From assembly GCA_963845755.1 (NCBI GenBank), contig CAWJTV010000034.1:704001-768000 (forward strand): a stretch of 64,000 nucleotides of DNA. The letters run 5' to 3'. The notes beneath the pieces are model-generated. The model was not told where the DNA came from, did no database searches, and was given only the letters and a program-made list of their open reading frames with translations. The DNA is from an uncultured Planctomycetota bacterium (GTDB lineage Bacteria > Planctomycetota > Planctomycetia > Isosphaerales > Isosphaeraceae). The translations under genes and the position numbers were made by a program. Shown here piece after piece: positions 54,994-64,000 of this stretch (its first letter is position 1; every line of letters begins with the position of its first letter).

Positions 54994-56381
54994 CTAAGGC
55001 TTCGGTCTCACCGCGTCGGATACTCGGCCGACCGCAGCGACGATCGACTCTTCGACCGCTTCCGACCACGGCGAGGGCTGGCCGTAATAGATCATGGCCG
55101 TGGCGCCCTCGTAGCCGCCTTCCTTTAGGACACGCTTCGAAGGGATGTAGGCCATCACGTCGTTGCAATAGGCCGAGACCCAGGTGTGCGATGAGCCGAG
55201 GTTACGCTTCAGCCGTAGGGAATAGTCGACGACGACCTCGCCGCCCAGGAAGATCCAGGTCAGCCCGTCAAGGCGCCAGGCCTGGACCGGATAGGGATAG
55301 TCCGGTTCGAGATGGCCAAGACGTTCGATCCGTTTCTGGAGATGCTTGGCCCGGCTGGCGATGTAGAAGTTGTCGGACTGAGTGTCGCGCTCGAGCTGCT
55401 CGCGCGTCGGGAGGTTGGCGAAGGCGAGCGGGATCTCCTCGTAGGCCGATTCCATCGACCCGTCGATCGTCTGCATGGGCGTGGCCAGGACGCTCGCCAC
55501 GCTGGTACCGAGCTGCTTCCCGTAGGTCTCGGCCAGGTCGAGCGCCGCCGGGGGATCGGATTCTGATCGCCGCCGCAGCCCGCGACGAACAGAGCCGTCG
55601 CGCCCGGAAATCGCGTTTCGAGATCAACCTGGGCAAAGCCTGCGTAATCGCCGGAGAACTTGTAGAAGTCGAGCACGGTGCAATGGCAGGCGTAACCGAA
55701 AACCACCGCCATGAGCGAACCATCCGGCCGTGCGACGCGCAGCACCGGGACATCGTGATCGTCGGGACCTTGCAGAGCGAGTCGCTGCCTCAGCTTGGGA
55801 ACGTCCGCTTCGCGATTGGCGCGGCGATTGACGGCGAATTCGCAGCGCCCGTTGCCCCAGGACATGCGCGCATCCTGGAGCCGGTCGAGTGCCTCACCGG
55901 CGACGTTCACCACGGTGGTCTCGAGCGTCTTCGCGTATTCGGCGATCCGATTCCTCTCGGCATCGTCGATCTTGTACATCGTCAGCAAGTTGGTACCGAC
56001 AACAGGACCACAGTGGGTGTGCGAACAGGCGATCACGATGCGGTCGCGGTCCAGCTTGTGACGCATTTGAAGCGTATCGCGAATGCGGTCGGAGAGTTCT
56101 CGATCGATGCCGCAGACGTCAAGCGTGATCAGCACGGCGCGCCGGCCGACTGGCTCCTCGAGGGCCAGGGCCTTGGCCCAGAGGTCATGCACCGCACCCT
56201 CCGAGGCGTGAGTCCGTGCAGCGTAGCCCGCCATCCACATCGGCGACTTGGGCGTGATCGCGACCCGCGCCGTGCCCGCTCGCCAGCCAGCCCGCGCCTC
56301 GGATGGACCGAGCGCGAGGGCTCCGAGGGCCGTCATAATCAAACAGAACTCGAGAGTAGACCCGGATCGTCGCTTCCTCAT
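54994..56381 (-). CDS. neutral/alkaline ceramidase-like secreted hydrolase (frameshift ~55545)
   Basis: WMAGYAAR, SHTHCGP, GYACHCT, GCGGDQNP, GEVVVDY and EGGYE. Confidence 0.88.
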
Positions 56382-56698
56382 GGCCGTAATCCTCGCAAAG
56401 CCCACCCATCGCTCACAATCGACTGCGCTACCGGAGGTGCCCAGACCGCGACGGCTACCCCTCCGCCTTCGCCGTTGCCCGGCGTCTCCTCCGATTCATC
56501 GAGGGATTCGTCGAGGCTCTCGAACTCGACAACATCGTCCTCAACCTTACTCCCCAGTTGAGTGTGTACCTCCGCGAAGAAACGCTTGGGGAGCCGGATA
56601 TTGAGCTGCGCCGCAATCGATGTTGCCCAGCATGCATGGAACGATTCCCAGGATCGATGAAGGGAGAGCGGCGGTTGAAAGTGGTCGCGCAGTGGCAT
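56378..56698 (-). pseudogene. truncated DUF4058-family gene (N-terminal ~90 aa only)
   Basis: MPLRDHFQPPLS..RSWESFHACW...GGGVAVAVWAPP is followed by an abrupt end, without the usual nuclease-like C-terminal part. Confidence 0.7.
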
Positions 56699-56764
56699 GC
56701 CTCATCTCGGTGGATTGTCGGTTTACAGTCCGGGAGCGCACCAGCTTGCTGAGAAGATCCTCGC

Positions 56765-58068
56765 CTATCCTCCCGAGAGATTCATTAGCGTCTGGGCGTA
56801 GGCCATGAGGAGGGCGATGCAGACGAAGCCCACGAATCCGCCGAGGATGAGCATCAGCAACGGCTGCACGAGCTGACCCAGGTTCTTGACCATGGTCTCA
56901 ACCTGTTCCTCGTAGTCGTCGGCCAGATGCGTGAGGCTTTCGGGCAGCTTTCCGGTTTCCTCGCCGGACGAGACGATGGCGATGACGTCGGGATAGAACT
57001 GCCGGCTTCGGGATAGGGTCGCGCTGAGGTCCTTTCCCGCCAGGACCTCAGCGCGACACGAGCGGACGGCCTGGCGGATCGGGCTCATCATCAGCACGTC
57101 GGCGGTCAGGTCGATGGATCGGCCGTAGTCGAGGCCGGCATCGAGCAGCACGGAGAGGGTCCGGGCGAATCGCGTGGTGTCCACTTTGCGGCAGAGCGAG
57201 CCGAATACCGGCATCATCAGCACCAGGCGATCGATAAGGTCCTTGCCGGCGGGCTTCCGGTAGAATTGGAGGAGAGCGAAACCCGATCCGACTAGGACCG
57301 CCGGGATGAGCCACCAGCCGAGCGTTGCCATGAATCGGCTGAAGGTGATCAGCGCGACCGTGATTCCGGGCAACTCTTTCTTGCCGGGGAGATCTTGAAT
57401 GAGCGCCAGGATCTTCGGCAGTACGAAGACGGTGATCACGCCGATCGAGCCCGCGGCCACGATCAAGACGATGATGGGATAGATCATGGCTGAGCGCGCC
57501 TGGCGGATCAGTCGCTGCCGGGCCTCGTAATGCCGTCCCAGCATCTTCAAGGTCTCCGGCGCGCCCCGCGCGCCTCGGCGACCTTGATCATGCTGACGAA
57601 CATCGGGTCGAACGTCCGTGGCTCCGCGGCCACCGCGTCTTCCAGGGTCAACCCCTGACGGATCGCGACCTGGAGGCGGCCGATCACGGGTCCGAGAGCC
57701 GTCCTGGCAAACTGCTTCTCCAGGCTGGAGAGCGACCGCGAGAAATCGATACCGGAGTGGAGATACGTCCCGAACTGGCGGCAGAACTGCGCGAGCTGAC
57801 CCGAGCTGACGCGGCCGAAGAGGATCCGCTCGGTCCAGGTCGGCCCGGCGGCAGGGATTTCCGTTTTCTTCTCCGAGCGATCGCGGTTGACTCCCGACCT
57901 CGTCGCGCGCGGCTTCGTCGAGCCGCCGGAGCCGACCGGACTCGGCCGGAACGTCGAGGGGTCCATCGCCGACCCATTCGGACCGGAATCCGGCAGCGGT
58001 GGAGGAGTGGACCCCGGCTTCTTGCGACGCGGGGGGCGCAGACCGGAGTCCTCGAAGTCTCGACTCAT
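56765..58068 (-). CDS. type II secretion system F / PilC-family inner membrane platform protein (frameshift ~57570)
   Basis: FCRQFGTYLHSG, SAMIYP, RFARTLSVLLDAG and GEETGKL. Confidence 0.9.
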
Positions 58069-58276
58069 CGCCGGGTTCCTCAAGACTTGTGCAAAAAAAC
58101 CCCTCGGGAGGCCGTCGAGTGGAACGTCCTTCGGCCCGATGGCTCATACCCTTATCGTCCCGAGTGGCGCACCCGCGGTCAAGCCGGCTGAATTGACAGT
58201 TGTCGTTGGAGGAGACTCGCGATCCGGTTATGGCGGCTTATATCGCCGGGCTGACCGCAGCGGCATCGGTTCCTGG

Positions 58277-59603
58277 CTATCTTCGTTCCCGGGCGAATTT
58301 CCCCTGGAGCCGGTAGATATTGAGCAGGGCCCTGTCCATCATTTGCTCGCCCGCTCCGAGTTCGGCCAGCGAAACGCCCGGATCGGCGCCGTAACCCCCC
58401 TCCGAGGCCGCTTCGATCGTCGGGAAATACATCGAATGGCCGTTGCAATAGCCGAAGAACAGGGTGTGCTTGACGTACGAGCGTGCCTTGAGCCGATTGG
58501 CATGGTTACAGAAGAACTCGCCCGAGCCTCCCACCAGGGCGATCTCACCGTTCAGGAGCACCGTGTTCAGCTCGGCGGCGAGGGATTCGCCGTAGAGCTT
58601 GGCGTAGGCGTGCGTGATCTCGGGAAAGAAGCTTCGTTCGAAAACGCCGGCGACCCTGGGGTCCTTGAGGTCGAACGCGCGTCTTGAAGTGGAACGTATC
58701 GACCATGCCCTTGATCGACGGGTGCGGTGGGGTCTCGGTCTTGATCGCACGTGCCAACGTAATCACGCGGTCGGCGAGGATCTGACCGAAGTTCTTCGGT
58801 TCCCAGGGGCCAGACGACGGGTTGGGACTCATGTCGCCCGCCGCCCCCTGCATGAAGATGCACTTGGTGGAGAGCTCGGTCTCGACCTTGTTCTTGAGGA
58901 AACCCGGGTAATCGGCCGAGTACTTGAGGATCTTGCCCTCGGTCATGACCGGGTGCGCGGCGAAGTTGACCAGGATGGCGATCGGCTTCCCCGCCAGGTC
59001 GTCAAAGCGAAGGACCGCCAGCATCGGATCGGTGGCCTTCGGCTGCCGTTTCGTATGCCGGTTGCGGTTCAACGTGACCGACTCGGTTGCAACCCCGAGC
59101 CGGGCCGGTTTCAAGGCCCGGTCGGCTTCGAGGATGACCTCGACGAGCAGATGGGGCAGATTCTGGGAATAGGCCACCGCGGCGTCGAACTTCCCCTTTC
59201 CCAGTCCGGGCTCGTCGAGCAGCTCGATGACGGGTCCGTGGTGCGAGTGGCTTCCGGAGATCAGGACATGGCGGATGCCGGCCCTCTCCGCGATTTCCCG
59301 GCGGATGATCGTCATCATGGCTTCGGTGGGACCGCGGCCCAGGTCCGTTCCGACGATCGCGAGCTTGTCGTCGCCCGCCGCGATGACGACCGCCTTGGCC
59401 ATCAGAGGGTCAAGCGTGCCCTCGCTGGGCGCATGGTGCCGCGCCCCGTATCCCCACATCGGGATTCCGATAGGAGGCGTGATGTCCTTGTCGGCCGCCC
59501 CGGCGCGAATCTTAGGGCCATCGGCCGCCGCCGCGACGACAGCCTGGAGTCCCAACAGCGCCACTGTCAGCGCGCACATCCATCTCAAACTTCTCGAAAG
59601 CAT
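58277..59603 (-). CDS. second neutral/alkaline ceramidase-like secreted hydrolase (frameshift ~58675)
   Basis: PMWGYGAR, SHSHHGP, NFAAHP, SADYPG, QGAAGD, GEFF and EGGYG. Confidence 0.88.
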
Positions 59604-60006
59604 GCTATTCCCCTTCGCTGGCGTTGACGAACCCGTCGCGGTTTGGCCGCAGTCGGTCGGATTGGCCCTCGGATTCTCCCGAGGATAATCGGGCTTCTCG
59701 GTGATCTCTACCGGGTTCTGGATGCGACCGAACGACTTCAGCCGCTGTTTCCGCTTTTCCCCGCCATTCGGGTTTTCGGGAAGTGAGACCAGGGCCGTTC
59801 CCCGAAAGTAGAGCCGGAATGGGGGAAGTCCGCACTCCAGGACGACACCCTGAACTCTCGCAGATCCGCCAACTTCGAGGTACAATTCGCCTCCGGGGCG
59901 CGCCCGAGCTCCCACGATTTGTGGCGAAGGTCAACGGGCGACAAACATGAAAGTGTCTGGCCGACGCCCCTGGCGATGCGTGTTCTTCGGTTTCGGAGGT
60001 CGGACC

Positions 60007-61818
60007 ATGGCGGACGCTCCCGATCGCCGCAAAAGAATCGGAAAAGTTGGGGTTGTTTTGACCGCTCTCGCGGTCATTGTGGCGGCCATTGGCATTTACA
60101 TTTTCCTATCACCGGGGCAGTATCGAGCGAGAAGGGTCATCGTCCGGTTTGCCCGGGCCCTCGGAAATCTTGTTGGCCAGAGGGATCGAGCCCGGAAACC
60201 GATCGAGGTCATCGTCCGGCAGATCGAACATGGCGATGATTCTCAAAGAATGTCGGCAATCCACGAACTCTCCGGTGACTTGACGGATCCGGCTGACTTC
60301 GCGCAGGTGTTTCCTAATCTCATTCGGGCCATGAAGGACGAATCGGAGATGGTTCGGGAAGCGGCGGCTTTCGTCGTCGGTAACTCGATTTTTCGCCTGA
60401 GTCGTCTGGACTGGCCCGCCACGGATGAACGGGACCCGACGATCGTGGCGCTCTGCCCCAAGGCCGAGGAGGCGCTTGCGGTCCTGCTCGAGGAGTCTTC
60501 GCCAATACGCGGGTATGACCTACGATTGATGCCCGCGTTGACCGACGCGTCGGGCATCCCGACAGCGGGCAAAAGCCTGATCATTGTGGCGGACGTGGAT
60601 CATGTGCTGCAATTGCGCATCTTCAATGGAGATGGCAAGGCGGTCGTGGATATCGATGAGAAAGGGCTGCCGCCTTTCTCAGACCGCGCCCTTCCTATCG
60701 AAAAACTCAGGAAGCGACTCGAGAACTTGTGGCCTCCCCACGAGCGGACCAAGAGCGAGAACGACGAGGTCATCACCGCTGTCACCGCAGTCGTCGATCG
60801 CACCTCGGATCTCCGCGCCTGGAGCGGCGAAATCCCTGGCAAAGGTGGCCGAGATCGGGGGGCTCGACGCTCCGCCACCTCGACTGGTCGCGTGCCTGGA
60901 CGATGAAGATGAGCATGTCCGAATGGCTGCAGCAGAGGCCCTGATCTATTATCGCAAGGGTCCCGAGTTGCTTGTTCCCGTGGTGCTGCGACGCATTCCG
61001 ACCGAAAGTCCGGTTGTTCGCGATGCATTCAGGGAAGTGTTTTGGTTCGTTCGCCTCGAACCCTTGGTCTTACCAACCTTGATCGAAGGATTGTCGAGCA
61101 AGAACATTGATGTGCGTCTCAATTGCACGGCAGCGATTAACCACATGGGGCGCGACGCCAGGCCGGCCCTGCCCCCCATCCTCGCGTTGATTCGCAAGGA
61201 ACTCGAAACGCCTCAACCTGCCGATGCGAACGATTGCGCATTCCAGCCGGCGTATCATCGCGATGGCGGCCGGGGCGATCGGAGAGCTCACGCCGGATAC
61301 GGATCACCCACCTGGGGCCGTCGAGACTTCTCTGTGAGGTCTTGAAGCGTGCGAGTGAAACGGAACAGGGATCGGACCCCAACCGCCCTGTCTCGCCAGC
61401 CTCGAAGGCGAAAGCTTCTTTCGCGTTGAAGGCTGGGAGTGAAGTAATGCAGGCTGAGGCCGCCTGGTCTCTGGGAATCCTCGGCCGATCCGCGGCATCC
61501 GCCGTGCCACTCCTCATCTCGACGTTCGAGGCCGCCCCGGAGTCTTCCGATGTCGTCCGTGAAGTCATCGCCGAGGCTCTTGCCGAGATCAGCCGAGGGA
61601 CGCTCGACGAGGACCGCGTCCTTGCAAGCCTGGCGAAAGCATGGAAAACCGCGCCCAAGAAGCAGAAAACCGTGTTCGCTCGGGCGCTCCGAAGTCTCGG
61701 CCCGAAGTCAGAACAGCTTGTCCCGGATCTCAAACAATGGCCTTCCGACGGAACGCGTTCAGCGATTCGACGCGTTCGATATCCGAGATCCCGACGTGGA
61801 ATACCTGTGCGTGAATAG
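60007..61818 (+). CDS. membrane-anchored HEAT-repeat protein with a ~100-aa inserted domain (frameshifts ~60820, ~61240, ~61330)
   Basis: N-terminal TM helix and repeated L.D....VR..AA..L HEAT motifs. Confidence 0.75.
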
Positions 61819-61932
61819 CGTGACTCACGCCTCTCTACGATAGACCGGAGATGGTCGGACCGAGCCGCAATCCCGAGAATTCTGCTCATTTGATCATTAA
61901 AATTGGCACTCACCCTGTTCCTTGGAGACGTG

Positions 61933-62922
61933 ATGTCCATGCGACTCGCCCGAACGATCCTCGCGCTCACGCTCGGCCTGTTCCTGCTCGTATCGAACGG
62001 ACCTCGTACCGCTGAGGCGGGCGACGGCCCAGCGGAGAGCAAGCGGTATTTGATCATCCACGCGGATGACGCCGGTATGTGCCATTCCGTGAACCGGGCG
62101 ACGGTCGAGGCGCTGGAGAAAGGAATCGTCTCGTCGTGCAGCATCATGATCCCCTGTCCGTGGGTCAAGGAATTCGCGGAATACGCCCGGGCGCATCCGG
62201 ACAAGGACTATGGGGTTCATCTCACGCTCAACTCGGAGTGGCAGGTCTACCGATGGGGACCCGTAGCCGGTCGGGACAGAGTCCCGAGCCTCCTGGATCA
62301 GGACGGCTACCTCTATCGCGACGTGCAATCGGTGGCCAAGCACGCCAAGGTTGAGGAGGTCGAGATCGAGCTCACGGCCCAGATCGATCGCGCCAGGGCA
62401 CTCGGAATTCCCCTCAGCCATCTCGACACACACATGGGGGCCGTGGTGAGCCGGCCCGACCTGGTCGAGGTCTATGTCCGGCTCGGCCTGAAGTATAACC
62501 TCCCCGTGCTCTTCCTCCGCAAGATCGAAGGCCCGATCGTTGAGGCGTATCCCTCCTTACGCGAGAGAGGGAAGGCTTTGCTGGCAGCACTGGACGAGAA
62601 GCGATTACCGGTGCTCGACAACCTGGTCCAGTTTTACGGGGGCAATACGCACGAGCAGAGGGTTCAGGACTACCTGAAGGCGCTGCGGGCCCTGCCGCCG
62701 GGTGTCAGCCAGCTCATCATCCATTGTGGTGTCCTCGACGATGAGTTACGCGCGGTCACCGGTAGCGCCGCCAACCGCGATGGCGACCGCCAGATCTTTA
62801 CGTCTATGATGATGGCCGCCGAAATCCAGAAGCTGGGGATCGAGGTCATCTCCTGGAAACAGTTCCGTGCGATGAACGAAGCCGCCGCGCGTGCCAGGCG
62901 GGAAAAAGGGATCGGGAAGTGA
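61933..62922 (+). CDS. ChbG/HpnK (YdjC)-family carbohydrate deacetylase
   Basis: [23 protein letters not shown] and LIIHCG, plus a signal peptide. Confidence 0.9.
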   Translation: MSMRLARTILALTLGLFLLVSNGPRTAEAGDGPAESKRYLIIHADDAGMCHSVNRATVEALEKGIVSSCSIMIPCPWVKEFAEYARAHPDKDYGVHLTLNSEWQVYRWGPVAGRDRVPSLLDQDGYLYRDVQSVAKHAKVEEVEIELTAQIDRARALGIPLSHLDTHMGAVVSRPDLVEVYVRLGLKYNLPVLFLRKIEGPIVEAYPSLRERGKALLAALDEKRLPVLDNLVQFYGGNTHEQRVQDYLKALRALPPGVSQLIIHCGVLDDELRAVTGSAANRDGDRQIFTSMMMAAEIQKLGIEVISWKQFRAMNEAAARARREKGIGK

Positions 62923-62948
62923 TCGCTTGAATCTGGAACGCCTCGACC

Positions 62949-64000
62949 TCAGGCCGGCTGCCATTTGAGGACCGGCGTCTTGGCGGCCTTGACCTCATCG
63001 GGACGGCTGATCGGGGTGGTGTGTGGCGCATCGTGGAGCGAATGCGGATCTTCCTGGGCGATTGCGCGGAGGACCGCGGCGAAGGCTTCGAGGGTCTCTC
63101 GGCTCTCGGTCTCGGTCGGCTCGATCATCATCGCCTCGGGGACGATGAGTGGGAAATACACGGTCGGAGCGTGGAAGTTGTAGTCGATCAGCCGCTTGGC
63201 GATATCCATGGCCCGGATCCGCGCTCCTTGGCGATCGGCCTCGCCGACGCGACGAACTCGTGCATACACGGCCCGGAATAGTGGACCGGATAGGTGCCCT
63301 TGACCAGCGACATCAAGTAGTTTGCGTTCAACACCGCGTGCTCGGCGACCTGCTTCAGTCCCTCGGGTCCCTGGCTGCGGATATAGCAATACGCGCGGAA
63401 GAGGACTCCCGTGTTGCCGAAGAACGTTCGAACCCGCCCGATCGATCTGGGTCGTTCGTGGTCGAGGTGATAGAGACCGGCTTCGCTCCGCGCGACGATC
63501 GGCGCGGGCAGGTACGGCGCCAGGGGCTCCCGGACGGCAATCGGACCGGCTCCCGGACCTCCGCCGCCATGCGGGCCGGAGAAGGTCTTGTGGGGGTTGT
63601 AGTGCATCAGGTCGACACCCATGTCACCGGGCCGCACGATGCCGAGGATTGCGTTCATGTTGGCCCCATCGAGGTAGAGCAGGGCCCCCCGATCGTGGAG
63701 CAGCCGGGCGATCGTGCCGATCTGGGGATCGAACAGTCCGACCGTGTTGGGATTGGTGATCATGAATACGGCCGTCTGGTCGTTCAGCTTGGCCCGAAGA
63801 TCGTCCAGCGCGACCAGTCCGTTGCTATCGCTCTTGATCGTCACGGCCTCGAATCCTGCGATGTGAGCCGAGGCGGGATTGGTCCCGTGGGCACTGTCGG
63901 GGATGAGGACCTGGGTCCGCGTTTCCCCACGATCGCGGAAGTAGGCCGCCGCGACCATCAGGGCGGTCAACTCACCGTGGGCTCCGGCCGCCGGCTGCAA
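62949..64000 (-). CDS. gcvPB: glycine dehydrogenase subunit 2 (5' part outside window; frameshift ~63230)
   Basis: [49 protein letters not shown] and IEPTETE. Confidence 0.95.

Overview
This is a GC-rich bacterial window that looks like a planctomycete, probably Isosphaeraceae-like. That assignment is inferred from a LEPR-xLL-type subtilase N-terminus, a DUF4058 remnant, an ECF sigma factor with a long C-terminal extension and ceramidase-like paralogues. About 20 otherwise intact genes switch frame once or more, which most likely reflects long-read indel errors, so many CDS are reconstructed across frames. Main contents are: an ECF/anti-sigma/PDZ operon whose C-terminal 27-bp repeat holds an internal transposase fragment; an ECF sigma factor fused to a di-heme domain; an AcpXL-like fatty acid/type II PKS cluster (2 dehydratases, long ACP, Cys-less KS, active KS, hydrolase); and a ~10-kb signalling block (REC-HPr fusion, NarL regulator, CheB-CheR-PAS-HisKA_3 kinase, three REC proteins). 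Housekeeping genes include panC, lgt, cysE, kdsB, acyP and gcvPB. Several small non-autonomous mobile elements are present: a 151-bp element in 4 copies that sits at gene starts and supplies a ribosome-binding site, a 979-bp TIR element carrying a Zn-ribbon gene, and a 120-bp MITE. I found no rRNA, tRNA or CRISPR array.
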